Shown here piece by piece: positions 47,411-61,900 of a DNA stretch of 64,000 nucleotides (the stretch's first letter is position 1; each line of letters begins with the position of its first letter). The DNA comes from Hemiscyllium ocellatum (lineage: Eukaryota): positions 1 to 64,000 of the forward strand of contig NW_026869307.1 of assembly GCF_020745735.1 (NCBI RefSeq), given 5' to 3'. The notes below the pieces were generated by a model. That model was not told where the DNA came from. It ran no database searches and saw only the letters and a program-made list of their open reading frames with translations. Both the position numbers and the translations under genes were made by a program.

Positions 47411-48999
47411 TACTTTCACACAGTAGCTTGAACTCTTGAGTGAGAGCGCATTCAATTTAACTTCAATCTGGAATTAAAAACAGGTCAAATGGATCCATGT
47501 CAAGTTGTTCTAAACACGCATCTGCGTCACTATTCCCTTTTGGAAAGGAAAGTCTCCCACCCGTGCCTGGCTTCCAATAATATTGTTGATTCTTAAATAC
47601 CTTGTATCCGTTTTTGAAATGGCTTTGCGATTCGCTCTCTTTTATCTCCACTACAAACTCCGACAAAAGGAAATAAATAGATGGACCAACCTGCATCAAC
47701 CTAGCTACTAAAACAACAAGACAATGACAACCTCAGCACTGTGCACCCACTACTATCTCCTCCTTAGATCGTATTTGAAGCAAAATTAGGAGATCTTGCC
47801 TACTTATTAGCCAAGCAACGCCCTGAAATACTCAGTCACATGGAATCATATTTTATGGTGTTCCAGACAGCACCATATCCTATTTCTGTATCAGGCTTGC
47901 CTATGCAGAGATGTTGGCACAATAATACACATTTGGGAGGCAGTCCTCAGGATTGACACTGCACACCATGAAGATTCGTACTATCAGGTCACACGTAGAT
48001 AACGAAACATTTAGATGATTTCGAACTTGCACCCGACACTCCCGTCTGCAGTTAAATCAGTTGTTCTCCATTTTACATGCTATAAAGTGTGTGCACTGAG
48101 GCTGGCAGCGGCATAATCTACACTCTGCATAAAGGATTTTAATTTCTATCATCAATAGTGCCTGCTAACTGAGCCGATGAAACCCTAAAGGTAAAGTTGC
48201 AATCGACTTACCAGGCCACATGGTTGCCTTGTCAGTGCAGATGGATGACTGGTGGTGGTTTAACTTGACAGTCTACACACCTCAGGTGAGGAGGGAGATT
48301 GGGAAGGTAACTCTTCTATGGTAACCTCAGTTTATGTAGCAATTGAACCCCCATGCTGTTGGCATTACTACATCGCAAACTAAATAATGTTTGTTGGTTT
48401 GTTATTGTAAGTGAGGGCGGTGTTCTAATCGCTTGGTTGGAAAACTTTTATGAAGCATATAACCATGACCTGAGATACCAGATGAAGAGTATTGTGTCCC
48501 AAAAGTCTGGGAAATAGGAGATTCCCTGCTCACTGTTGGTTGAGCAGTTTCCATCTGAAAACAATGTGTTTCTGACATAACTGTCATATTGCTTTCCAAT
48601 AAATTCTCATCAAGTTGCGACCCTTATCTCGGTCTGAAAATAACGATTTAGGTCAGAGGCATAGCCATTTCTCTCTTATTGTGCGTAAAGTATTCACATA
48701 CGTGCAGACATTGAAAATATTTAGGTCTGGGAGCTTCAAGTCCACCACGACTTCTAGATCATTGAAAATCACTGAAACAGCAGTTAGAATTAATAATCCT
48801 GCTAATTCCCTTTCCTTCGGTCCAGGGCTATGCTGATAATATCATTTTTACTCACGTAAGATGTGAAATACCAGACCATTATTCACATCGTTCACAGTTC
48901 CAGCTATTAAAATAACATTTAAAGAAAAGGTAGTATGGGACGTGTAAAAAAAGACATTACTTGCTCGAGGAACTCAAACTGTGGCGACATCTGAAGGAA

Positions 49000-49800
49000 T
49001 AAAGTAGATTTAACAGTTCGATTCCAGTGAATCTTCATCAGAACTCAACAAATAGGAATGGGAGTTTTGTTATTCATAGAATTCAGCTTCTTGTAGTTTC
49101 CAAATCTTCTGTGAGTTCTATTGATTTTGTTCCAAACCTGTAAACGAATTTAATTCAGGATTTGGTTATTTACCACCGTCCATTTGAACCATGCACATTC
49201 TGATATGGCAACAAAAGCGCAGGACTGGTTTGTATCTCCGTTCTTTTCAGTAGCCTCTAGATCTTCTGTCAATTGCCTTTAGTCTTTGTTATTTGGCTTC
49301 TGACCCTTCTGTAGCTGGGAACAGTTTTCTTTAATTTGCATTATACATCTGCTGCGAATTCTGAACTCCAGCATCAATTTGCCTCAACCTTTTCAATTGT
49401 GACGAGAAAACCTTTACCTACTTCAGTCTCACAACATAGCTGAATCCTTTAATCTCGTTTTCATTCTGGCAAATGTCTTCGGCGATATTCCGTGTTTGTG
49501 ATACACTCCCTGAACTATTGTGGCAGATTTGAACATCATGCTCCAGCTGAAACATAAGTAGTCTTAACAAATGTTTAGTGCAACTTCCTTGTTTCATCCA
49601 TTATCTCTCCATTAATAATCTCGAGAATCCACGGTACCTTTTAACCTTTTACTTTGCCCACCCAACCTCAAGAAATGTACTTATACGCCATGAATTTACT
49701 TCTCTTGAAATTTCATACCTTGTTGCAGTAGTAAAATTCGAGTAATTCCATTTCTTCACAGTTTCGTCTTCAGGAATGTTAGTTCAGATTGCATTTCTTT
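49000..49800 (-). mobile_element. Very degenerate CR1 3' fragment
   Basis: Minus translation KGFSYVVRLK*VKVFS resembles CR1 GLSYEERL. Confidence 0.5.
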
Positions 49801-49899
49801 AGGAGCATAAATATAGAAGCCCTGATATCTGACCTAATTAACGACGCAGTGCTGATTGTCATAGAATTAAACTACGACCAGGGCTGTTCTTAGATAACA

Positions 49900-51300
49900 A
49901 CATTAATGCATGTTCATGCTTTTTCGAGGTGTCTGATCATGGAATGAAATTGCGATTATTCTTTTCTGAGCAAGTGACTTTGCAGTGACAATTTGATCAT
50001 GAAGAATTATTATGTATCTCAAAAAGACTCGCCGCATTCCTTAATGACCCACAGCAAATAGCCAGCAATGCGCCCTACACACCTATCGAAGCAGGCGAAT
50101 GAGATTTAGCCCTGGAACAGAGCTTCTTCGTCAAAATGCAGAGCTGTGATGCTGTTTGAGGGCACCCAGCCACAGCTGCTGCAAAGATTATGGTACTCGG
50201 GCCTGGCACCTCCTTATAATAACACGGAAGATATGTGTTCCAGAACGTGGTTGGATACGAGCCAAGCTGTTTCAGCGCACAGACAACAGTGGCGTGTACC
50301 CCACAATTTGTAAGGTAGCCTGCTGAAATGCCCGGTTTGCAAACCGTGCAAGCGAAATTAAATCTGGACAATCAACGTTCCATCAGTCTACTTTTTATCT
50401 TCAGCGGAGAGCTGAAAGATCTCATCGACATTGCTATCAGGCGAAGCTTGTACAGCAATAATTTGCTCCAAAAGGTTTGATTTGAGTTTCATCAAATTTA
50501 CTCGACCTTGGAGCACATGACAGTGTTGAGTCAAGCATGGCCAAAGGGCCAGAATTGAGATAAGAATGACTTCCCTTGAAACGAAGGCAGCCATGGACTC
50601 AACAAAACCACGAAAATATTGTCAATGGGAATCAGACACGAGGGAGTGGGAGTTGAGGTATAAAACATTCACCAATGATTGGAGTTATATCTGGCGCAGG
50701 GAAGATTATTTTATTTTTGGATGTCAATCATTTCAGAGTCCAGAGCATTACTGCAGGATAAAAGGAGGGCGGTGTTCTGGGCCATTCGTCTCACCTGCTT
50801 CTTAGTGATTTTCCCGGCAGCACAATGTTGAAAGTGTAAGTGTTTACTCACGATTCCACAATCTTCATTACTAGTCGCAGCTCCTCAGAAATTGAATTGC
50901 ACATGTTGAAGTGCGGAATACCCATTTGGTATTGGGTCGGTGGCAAGTTACCTCGCCTGCACATCCACGGAGTTCATCTTCTAACCAAGACAAAACAGAG
51001 TATAGACCTCGGCCTTTTTAGGTAGAGTTCTGTCACGTTGAGATCTCCCAGTGTTTGACCAACATTTTTCGAGGACAAATCACCTACACATTTTCGGGAC
51101 TTATGCCTCATTGTTAATTGAGTGTGCTTTGTTTCAGTTCCACTTCTGCGACTTGTGATCACATTGATCTGACATCACTATACGCAAATTGCAGGGCCGT
51201 GGAAGCCCGTCATGATGCACAGGGATATTGATAGTTACAGTTGCCTGCTTCCTTTTGTCTGAAGTACCTTCGTGAAGAAACAGAAGGGATGGGTTACTCG
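49900..51300 (+). mobile_element. Old L2-clade LINE RT remnant
   Basis: AKLFQRTDNSGVYPTICK, LETKAAMD, MFTHDSTIF and WQVT align in order with L2 RT motifs. Confidence 0.7.
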
Positions 51301-51539
51301 TGGAATGTTCCAGTAACAAATTGTTGTTGATCTGGTCATCTTTGAGTTCATCTTTCAACCGACTTCATGAAGAAAAATGCCAATTACATAGCAGTGTCAA
51401 AAAATGCTGGAACATCTCGGCAGATCTGGCAGCATGTGAGGAAAGAAAGCAGAGCTGACGCTCTGAAAAAGACCTGCCCAGCGTTTCCAGCCATTTCTGT
51501 TTTTGTTTCTCATTTCTACCATCCGTATGTTAGAAAGCT

Positions 51540-53635
51540 TTCAAAAGCTGATTGCGTGGAGATGTTCACAGGTAAAGGGATGGCTGGAAAATGGGAAGCC
51601 TTCAGAAATGAGTTAATGTGGTCAGAGAAAGAATATTCCTATTAGGGAGAAAGGAAAGGCTGGTAGGTACAAGGTATGCTGGATGATGAAATAAATTGAG
51701 GGATAGGTTAAGGACAAAAGGAAGCACATGTCAGGTATACAGGATAGATTGAGTCAGTCCTGAGAAGAGTATAAAGGCAGTGGGAATATACTTAAGAGAG
51801 CACAAAAAGGGGACATGAGGTAGCATTGGGAAATAGAGTTAAGGAGTATCCAAAGGGTTTTTACAAATACACTAAACACAAAAGGGTAACGAGGAAGACA
51901 ATAGGGCCCCTCAAAGATCAGAAAGGCGGCCTTTCTGTGGAACTGCAGGAGATGGGACAGATAATAAACGAATATTTTGCATCAGTATTTACTGTGAAAA
52001 GGACATGGAAGGTATAGAATGTAGTGAAATAGATGGCGACACCTTGCAGAATGTCCATATTACAGGGGAGGACATACTCGATGTCTTGAAATGCATAAAA
52101 GTATATAAATACCCAGGACGTGATCAGGTGCAACCTCGAACTCTGTGGTAAGCTAGCAAAATGATTGCTGGCCCCCTTGCTGAGTTACTTGTATCATCGA
52201 TAGTCACAGGTGAGGTGCCAGAAGACTGGAGGTTGACTAATGTAGTGCCACTGTTTAAGAAAGGTGGTAAGGACAAGCCAGGGAACTATAGACCAGTGAG
52301 CCTGACATCGGTGGTGGGAAAGTTGTTGGAAGGAATCCTGAGGGACAGGATGCACATATATTTGGAAAGGCAAGGACAGATTAGGGATAGTCAACATGGC
52401 TTTATGCGTGGGAAATCATGTCTCACAAACTCGATAGAGTTTTTTGAGGAAATAACAAAGAGGATTGATGAGGGCATAGCAGTAGATGTGATCTATATGG
52501 ACTTCAGCAAGGCGTTCAGCAAGATTCCCGATGTCAGACTGGTTAGCAAGGTTAGATCTCATGGAATACAGGGAGAACTCACCATTTGGGTACAGAACTG
52601 GCTCAAAGGTAGAAGACAGAGGGTGGTGGTGGAGGGTTGCTTTTCAGACTGGAGGCCTGTGACCAGAGGAATGCCAAAAGGACCGGGGCTGGGTTCACTA
52701 CTTTCATTATATATATAAACGATTTGGAGAAGTGAGCATAAGTGATATAGTTAGTAAGTTTGCTGATGACACCAAAATTGGAGGGATAGTGGACAGCGAA
52801 AAAGGTTACCTCAGATTACAACGGGATCTTGATTAAATGGGCCAGTGGGCTGAGAAGTGGCAGATGGAGTTTAATTTAGATTAATGTGAGGTGCTGCATT
52901 TTGGGAAAGCAAATCTTAGCACGGCTTAAACACTTAATGCTAAGGTCCTAAGGAGTGTTGCTAAACAAAGAGGCCTTGGAGTGTAGGTTCATAGCTCCTT
53001 GAAAGTGGAGTCGCAGGTAGGTAGAATAGTGAAGAAGGCTTTTGGTATGCTTTTCTTTATTGGTCAGAGTGTTGAGTACAGGAGTTTGGAGGTCATGTTG
53101 TGGCTGTACAGGACATTGGCTATGGCACTTTTGAAATATTCTGTACAATTCTGGTCTCTTTCCTATCGGAAAGATGTTGTGAAACTTGAAAGGGTTCAGA
53201 AAATATTTACAAGGATGTTGCCAGGGTTGGAGGATTTGAGCTATAGGGAGAGGTTAAATAGGCTAGGGCTGTTTTCCCTGAAGTGTCTGAGGCTGTGGGG
53301 TGACCGTATAGAAGTTTATAAAATGATGAGGGGCATGGATAGGATAAACAGACAAAGTTTTTTCCCTGGGGTGGCGAAGTCCAGAACTAGAGTCCAGAAC
53401 TTTAGGGTGAGAGGGGAAAGATATAAAAGAGACCTAAGGGGCAACCTTTTTCACTGAAACAGTGTTACGTGTATGAAATTAGCTGCCAGAGGAGGTGGTG
53501 CAGGCTAATACAGTTGCAACATTTAAAAGACATTTGGATAGGTTTGGAGGGATATGGGCCAGGTGCGACTAGATTGGTTTGGGATATCTGATTGGCATGA
53601 ACGAATTGGACCGAAGGGTCTGTTTCCATGCTATA
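51540..53635 (+). mobile_element. CR1 LINE ORF2 and 3' end, frameshifted
   Basis: ORFs 52161..52718 (NYRPVSLTSVVGK) and 52999..53457. Confidence 0.92.
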
Positions 53636-54759
53636 CATCTCTACGATGCTATATTTACCCATGACTAATTCACCTGACCTGCACATCTTTGGATTGCGGG
53701 AGTAAATGGAGCACCCGGAGGAAACCCACGTAGGTGCACACTCCACACAGACAGTCGCCTAAGACAGGAATCGAACCCAGGCCCCGAGAAAATGGAAGTG
53801 TAGGTAAACTTGCACGCCGAGAAACGGGTTCAACCTCTAAGCACAAGTGTTCCCATTCTCTTCAACCAGAAAGCGCCTTTATTTACAAATAAATATTCTG
53901 CAATCGTTCAAATTTGAGCAACGGCAATCGCGCATCCGAAACATAAATTGAAAACCGATGCCTCGATGGTCAGAGGTCTCCATCAACGTAGAATGCGTTA
54001 CAAATAAAAGTAGCATTTATAAATGGAGCGAGTGAAAGCCGAGGCACTCATGCACATTAGCAAAACCACAGAGACACACGTGCACAACAAGTCACGTTTA
54101 TATAGCGCCTAGAACATAGTAAAATATTAAGGCATTTGGCAGCGAATATTACGGACTGGCAAAGAGATTTATTGGCGAAAGTAGCATTGGCAAAGAGACA
54201 TGTTGTAAAAGGAGAGACAAAAACTGGCTTAGTTTTGGATGAGCTTCCAGAGATTTGGGAGCGTGCAGTTCAAACATGGCCGCCTATGGCGAAATACGGA
54301 AAATTGGAGTTGGAGTTGAACAAAAGATCAGAATTGTAATCGAGATAATTTTCTTGGTTGGAGGGATTTAAATGATAGAAAACAATGTCAAAAGAAAGAT
54401 GTTGCAAAACAGAAGACAATGTGGCTCAGTGAATATGAAACAATGAATGAATTAGACTAAGGATGAGTGATACGCTACAGCATACACTAAAAGTCAAACA
54501 CATAAAAATGAGGATGCAGTCACAAAACCGGTGCGCGCACAAGTTTAGACACAACTACAAATTAAAAGACTTGTACTTATAACAATTGAAGTCAAGTTGT
54601 TCCAAAGCACTTTAAAGCAAATCGGGTAAAATTTACATTCTTACCAAGATCATCTGAGTTTTTGCCGTTCTGCTCCACGGGAGGTTTCTGTTCTCTGGAG
54701 CTCACCTTGATTTGAATGCCAGCAGTTGACCAGATGGTAGCATACTACTCTTGATTGTG

Positions 54760-55145
54760 GAGAGGTTTGGTGAAATCTACAAGACGAGAGCAGCACATAT
54801 CTAGGTTAATATTCCAGTGCTGGAATGGGCAAATTCAGCAAGTGTTACTGTCTAAAGCATTGTTTTACAGATGCAATGTTAAACCAACTTCCCAATCACC
54901 TTCTTGGGTAAATTCCTGGGAGAATTTGAAGGACCTGACGTCACTACTTTGAAGTACAGTTAAGAAGTTATCCCGAATATCTTTAATCTTTACCATTTAC
55001 TTAGCATCACATGAGCAAAAGTTTACCTGGTCATTATCACATTGTTAATTTGGGAACGTTTCCTACGTCACAACTGGAACTACATTGAGCTGTATTCATT
55101 TTGGGAAGTCGAGTGAGTCTGAAAAGTGTGATACGATTTTTTTTC
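54760..55145 (+). mobile_element. Probable Deu-domain SINE (SacSINE1/AmnSINE-like), degenerate
   Basis: ctggtcattatcacattg...gtttcctac resembles the DeuSINE core recalled from memory. Confidence 0.5.
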
Positions 55146-55776
55146 TGTAACGAAACATTAGTCCAAAGCCAAAGAGGTTGGCATTTCTCTGTCAATTAGT
55201 AAATTCGAAAATTGCCTTTGGTTGTCATGCCTTGTGAAATACCATGTTTGCTTCCTGAAAACAAGAAAAACCTTTAAATGATTTCATTGAATAGTAAAAC
55301 GGACTGTCCAGAAGAGGTCGCTATTTCCTTGTGAGATCGTGTTGGTCTGCGGATAGAACTGGCGCACATGTACGCGAACTTTTGCCTCATTGACCACTTC
55401 ATAATGAATGTCATTACTTTCAAGTTGTGAATCGTGTTTTGTCTGCTAAAGTAATTTCATTGATATATTGCAAAACAATGATGTATTGTGCTCATATTCG
55501 AGTGTCTAACCTTGAATAAATAAGCATTTTTAAAATATCTGTTAAAAGCCAGCAAATGAAGTTGACATTGAATCTGAAGAGAAACTTGTCACAATTGGCA
55601 GATGTATTTCTCTCCACTGCGTAATGATAAACGCTGGCAAACAGTTTCAAATTTTAATTTGCTTCCCGCACGCTGTTTAATAGAATCCCAGTTCCAGTTT
55701 CCGTGTTATCTTAACGCTGTCGAGGCACTTTGCCACCTTCCTGCATAGGAGATTTGGCGAAATGCGTGGACGGGAC

Positions 55777-55900
55777 ATTCCTGATGAAGGGCATTTGCCC
55801 GATTTTCCTGCTTCTCTGATGCTGCCTGACCTGCTGTGCTTTTCCCAGCACCACTCTAATCTAAACTCCAGCATCTGATCTGCAGTCCTCACTTTCGCCT
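55777..55900 (+). mobile_element. Penelope-type mini-element arm, family 1
   Basis: attc-CTGATGA-a-gggcatttgccc with the GAAACGTC octamer missing; tail ctgcagtcctcacttt. Confidence 0.75.
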
Positions 55901-57329
55901 TATTCATTCAATCAAGTCAATCCCCAGATAAATAGGTCAAAATATGAAGGAAACTAAGACAGACTTTATTTTGGAAAAAAACATCGCATACCTGGCAGCA
56001 TTTGTGGAGAAAAAATGAATTAACAAATCATGTCCAGTGATCCTTCTTCAGAACTGAAATTATTTTATGATTGATATGCTTGTAATTATAGAAAATTGAG
56101 TGAAAAGATATTTAACCTTATTTGTGAAGATACCTTGAAAAATAACGTAGCTGATTAATGTTAGATTTTAAATGTTTTGATATGTACAATAGTGGTGTGT
56201 ATACCATTTGCAAAACAAACATCTGCAGACTATGAAACTTCAAATGTAAAGCAATAGTAAATGTGTACAACTTTACCTTGATTTTATTGTGAAAATAAAG
56301 ACAACTAATCAGACATATATAGAATTTGCAAAGGTAAAGTGATTTTGATAATGGAAGTTACAGAAAAAGTCTGAGAACATGAGGGAAATCATAACTAAAC
56401 AAGAATTCCAAAACTGATTCCAGCACTTAAGACTGATTTGCAAGTGCATCAAGTATCACATGTCAATGCGCTTGCTGTTAATTTTCTCAGCAAAAGTGAT
56501 AGATGGAATTGGACAATGATTAGATGTGTGGAATCACATGTTTCACAGGTGATCAGTAAATTGAAGCGATACAGTGCCGACATAAAACGAGCATAAAAAT
56601 CAAAGTTTTTAGCAGCCTTTCATATGGGAAAGTGTGTTTCATTTGTATATTCTTGAAGCTTTTATGTGCCTCTGTCTGGTTTAGTCCATTGATCAGACGC
56701 TTACTGGAATAAGATGAGTTGATGTCTTAGAATAGTCCTCAAATGTGTGCATGTCGCTAGTACTTAAAAATCAAACAGGTGTTCACACAGGTGGTACTTA
56801 AAGACAAAAAGGAGACATCTGTTTGTCTGGGTGTACTATAGATCGTAATCAGTCAGGTAGAAGTAGAATGTCAGATATGCAGGCAAATCTCAGAGAATTG
56901 TCTAAATATTTTGAAAATAGCAGGAAGGGATTTCAATTTATCCAACTGGGTTAGATAAAATATAAAAGGCTTAGAGTATGTTGATTTCTTAAAATGTGTT
57001 CATGAGAGCTTTTCTAGTCAACATGTGGAGAATTGGCATGGGCAGCCTGTGGTGGCTTTTGGGAACAAAACTAGGCAGTGGAGCAGCATTTTAATGATTG
57101 CGACCATAATTCAGTAAGATTGAAATAAATTATCGATAAGGATGGGGATGGACTGGAAATAAATGTCCTGAATTGGGAAAAGGATAATTTTAATTACAAA
57201 GATATTCTTAAACAAAATAATTGTGAGAGGAAGAAGCCTTGAAAGCAGATAACCCCACAGGCTCAGATGCATCTAAAGATATTGTGGGAGATAAGGCGAG
57301 ACATTTCAGTGGCTCCGATATTAATATTC

Positions 57330-57700
57330 AAACAACAAAGAGAACAAAGAAAATTTACAGCCCAGGAACAGGTCCTTTGGCCCTCCAAGCCTGAGTCGGT
57401 ACAAATGTACTGTCTAAACCTGTCGGTCAATTCCTAAGTATTTGTATCCCTTTGCACCCCACTTACTCATGCATTTATCCAGACGTATCTGAAATGAATC
57501 TACCGTGCCTGTCGCTACCATCTCTGATGGCAACGCGTTCCAAACGCCCACCACCCTCTGTGTGAAGTACTTGCCGTGTGTATCCCCCTTAAACTTTCCA
57601 CCTCTCACCTTGAAAGCGTGACCTGTTGTTATTGAATCCTTCACCCTGGTAAAAAGCTTGTCTCCATCCACCCTATCTATACCCTTCATGAAATCCTCGC
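57330..57700 (-). mobile_element. CR1 3'-terminal fragment
   Basis: ORF 57414..57689 (KYFTQRVVGVWNALP). Confidence 0.85.
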
Positions 57701-58099
57701 TGCCAGCGCAAGCGTGTCAGTGGACTGCAGGATGGCTTTATTCAAGAAGAGCAATGGAATAAATCAGGAAACGTCAGGCCAGACTAACGTGTGTTCAGTA
57801 AAGTATTGGGAAATCTTCTAAATGACAGAATTAAACTCAAATTACAGAGGCGAAAATTATTTAAGGATAGCCAGCATGGCTTTGCTTGGAGGAGGCCACG
57901 GCTGGCAAATTTGATTCAGTTTTTCGAGGATGAGTCAGGTGTGTAAATGAGGATAATGCAGATGCTGTGGTTTACATGCAGTTTAGTAAGGTGTTTGACA
58001 GATCATACATGGAAGACTAGTTGAGAAAATAAGAGTCCATGCTTTTACAGGGCAGTTAACATGTGATAAGGATAATAACATAAAGCATGAATGATAATT

Positions 58100-58500
58100 A
58101 GAACAGATGTTTATTGAGGATGATGAAAGAAATAGATAGAAAAATACCAGAAAGATTGGAGAATGAATCAATGGATTTATTTTTGGCGAATCTGCTTAAT
58201 TTCAGGACTTAGTAACAACGTTTACAAGATTTTGGAGGAAAAGGAATAACCTTAAGTGGATAAAACAATGTTTGATTATGTTTGATAATGTAATGCCTGC
58301 ATTGATGACCACACGAGTTTTAGCTTCTCCTAGTTATGATAAGCCAATCAAACTGGTTATTCATACCAGTGAAATCACTGTCGATTCCATTTTATTTTCC
58401 TTTCATTTTATACATGGGCCGATGGTAGATGGTAGGAAAGAGACTGAACCTAGTTTTGGCTCTATTACATTTGGAAATTTTTATATCCAATTACACTGAT
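58100..58500 (+). mobile_element. Gypsy RNase H remnant
   Basis: VLASPSYDKPIKLVIHTSE resembles VLATPDYMKPF at 29905..30189. Confidence 0.5.
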
Positions 58501-60704
58501 TATTATTGGCATGAATTGTAAGTACTGGCTTTTTATAATTGTATTTTATAATACAGAAATCGATGGTCTCTTAGCAGTTTGAGTTCTAAGGAAGAGTAAT
58601 TTTCCTAGCAGAAAAGCAGTAATTTGGTTTTGTCTTTTTCAGTCCAAGCTGTCAGACCTGCAAATAAGTCTAAAAATGCTTTAAGTAGGCAGGACTTTTC
58701 TGTAAGTTCAGTCAGAAAACCAGCTTCTGTACATTTCATGCAGTGAATTAATGAGGAGAACCACAAAGAGAAATGTACTGGATTTCATCAGTTCGGTCAG
58801 AAACGTAGATATTAATATTAGAATGATAGTTTGCTGGCATTGAGTATATTGCTGGGAAGAGTGTTGAAACTTCCATTTTGCCATTTATATAAAGATCATT
58901 CTAAGTTGCGACACATATTTTGGGTTTGCGTTTTTCTATATTAAACATGTGCTTTTTTTTGTTAAAGGATCATTGGACATCTCATATGTTCAGTGGTGAA
59001 CACAATTATGAAACCTGAAATATAAAACTGAGGATCTATCAAGCCAAGTTTGATATTGAGATCTGAATTTTACAGTGTTACTGTCAGCTGTTATCATATC
59101 AGTAATCCAAACAAGTGCCCCAAGCCTAATGCTAGGTGTGAACCTAAACATGCGTAATTTAATTATGTTAACTTAATCCTTATTATAAGGCATCGTGCTA
59201 ACCCTGTATTTAAAACTAAAGCATATATCGTCATTGATGGCATACACAACAGGGTAAGTGTTAGGGGTCTTGGTATCCTCAAGGCATAAGTTGGACGGGG
59301 TCAATATTCATTCACAGAGGGCCAACCTTCTCTTTCAACTATTATTCATCATGATATTGATAAAATTTTGTGCAATTATAGCATGTTAGAATGTGGCATA
59401 TTATTACTTTCAGACATAATAATTGGCAAATGCATTGTCATTGAAAGAAACGAATGATCATGAATCTGTATTTGCAAGAGCTTCTTACCATTGTGGTCTC
59501 TCCCCTGCTACATGTGGGTCTGTTGTAGACTAAATACTTGATACTACTTTTCATGTCGTCTTGACAACACTATTATGATGCAACTTTAAGGGCATTGCGA
59601 GGGCGTTGAGTTGGACTTTAATATTTTTTTTTGCCAAGAAACCAGCAATTGATAGAAATACAGATAAAGCGGTATTTCACGAGCAGTCAGTCATACATTT
59701 GCATCTCATATTAATGAAGAATATCAAAGCGTCTTTTGAATGGTTACAGATAGAAATGAAAAAAATACATTTGATCTGGACTTAAGCCATTGAGTTGAAC
59801 TGACTTGTGAAAATCATGGATCGCCAAGATAATAACTACAAAGACTTCTCGTTTTTATTTTATCCATTCCATTAGTGTAGGATATGGTTCACTAGATTTT
59901 GCAGAATGCTGGAAAAGAGTTGAATTCCTTCTTAACAAGAGATATGGAAAAGAATTATTTTTGCTTTATGAATGGGGTATAGGTACCTATAGAACTCAGC
60001 ATTTGTTATCCATCACAAGTCACCATTGCAGATTGTTGTGGGCTGACTCTTGAATGTTTCAGCAACTCCCCTGTCCTCGTTCAGAGGAAGTTCAAGGATT
60101 TTGATCCAGGAACAAGTGAAAGATCTGTAATGCAGAATGGTGAGCAGCTGGTTTGAGAGGACATGAAGATAGCCTGAGAGTTACAGATCAGTAGGACACA
60201 ATGAAACAGCGATAAGTATGAATTTTATTGTATGTGATTGGATACCCTTGATTTCCATCCATAAATAATTCACAAATTCAGCGTCCTTTTCTGGGTTCAG
60301 CTTCTCTCTTTCCTTATCAGCTTTAAATCTTTACATATAGCGGATTCTTCTTGCTATATAATTTTTGATTTTTTATTTTGGAACTGGTACACTTCAAGCT
60401 GCGTCAGCCAGCTTGTAATCTCCATTGCTTTGATAAGTCTATGGAAGTAATGTTTAATATCACCTGTTAGTCCATTGTCACTTCCTGCTTAAGATAATCA
60501 AGGTTGTAAATAGAAGTTGTTATGAAATTTCTGCTCATTAGTTCCCAATTTGACAATATTTCCTAAAGTAATGATCTCTCTCAAACAGAAAGACTTGAGC
60601 AATGGATGACTTGTGATGTCACCATTTCTGTACTAATTTGAAATTATACCACTCTCCCTTCCTTGTTGCTGGTCAAAGTAATCAAACCCATTTCTCAATG
60701 GCAT

Positions 60705-61031
60705 TATCTTAGAATCCCTACTGTGTGGGAACAAGACCACACCAATTCTCCAAAGAGCATCCCACCCAGACTCAACCCACTACACTATCCCCATAACTCT
60801 GTATTGTCCATGGGTAATCCACCTAATTTACGAATCCCTGGATACTATGGGCAATTTAGCATGGCCAATCCACCTAACCTACAAATTTTTGGACTGTGGG
60901 AGGAAACGGGAGCACCATACAGACATGGGGAAATGAGCATGTTCCACGGTCTCAGTTGCCCAAGGCTTGGTTTGAACCCGGATCCCTGACACTATCAGGC
61001 AGCACTGCTAACCCATGAGCCACTATGCCAC
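60705..61031 (-). mobile_element. HE1-type SINE, diverged
   Basis: Reverse-complement SINE core and head (gcagcactgctaacc...gagccactatgcc). Confidence 0.75.
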
Positions 61032-61707
61032 TCCACATGCACCAACGCCACATGTACTGCAGTTGTTCAAGAAGGCAACTCGCCATCGCCTTCTGAAGAT
61101 CAATTGGGATGAGCAAGAAGTGTTGGCCTTGTCAGTGATACCCACATGCCATGGGAAATAACTTTAAACTGGCAAAATTTACAGATACTAAAGACAACAT
61201 ATATTCGATCAAATCTAAAGGCTTTTCTTGAGGTAACTCATCAGCCCCACTTCTTAATTTGAACACTGTAGCCCTGCTGATTTATTTTCAAGTGCCACTC
61301 AATTTCGTTTTGAAATAATTAATGGTGTCTGCTTTCACTGTCCTAATGAGTTATAAGTTCCAGGTCATTATCACTCACGTTAAACAGTGCTTCCTTGCAT
61401 TTCCTTTGCATTTCTGAGCCAAAACCTTAAATCTGTGTTCCCTAGACTTTGCGTTTATTAATGGGAAACGTTTCTCTTTGTCTATCCTCTCTAAACCAAC
61501 TATAATGTTGTATGCCTGTATTATGCCATACCCTCAATCTGCTTTTGTCAAGGTCAACACTCCCAGCATTCCAAGTATCATCGATTTACCATTTCCAAGC
61601 TGAAGAACAATCCTCTTATATTTCATGTGAAGTCACTCAAGAGCCCACTTTTCCTAAATGTTGATGACCACAACTGCATTCACTATTCAATTTGTTACCT
61701 CAGTCTA

Positions 61708-61900
61708 GATTAGAGTGTTGCTGGAAAGGCACAGCAGTTCAGGCAGCATATGAGGTGCAGTAAAATCGACGTTTCAGGCAAATCCCGAAATTGTGCCTGA
61801 AACATCGATTTTACTGCTCTTCAGATGCTGCCTCAACCGCTGTGCTTTTCCAGCACCACGCTAACCTAGACTCTGGTTTCCATCATCTGCAGCCATTGTT
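61708..61900. mobile_element. Foldback Penelope-type mini-element, family 1, diverged
   Basis: Inverted arms gtgttgctggaaaggcacagc...gctgtgcttttccagcacc around aaatcccgaaattg. Confidence 0.75.

Noticed and set aside
48460-48903. Minus-strand mini-exon candidates (GTVNDVNNGLVFHIL; GNCSTNSEQ...ILFIWYLRSW)
   Set aside because: They lie among decayed L2/CR1 sequence and no upstream Ig exon was found
50075-50594. Signal-peptide-like ORF (50388..50594), Cys-rich ORF (50075..50371) and a plus-frame CC-chemokine-like stretch (SCCKDY...ICVPERGWI)
   Set aside because: The plus strand aligns motif by motif with L2 RT (AKLFQ...GVYPTICK...LETKAAMD); chemokine Cys spacing is wrong
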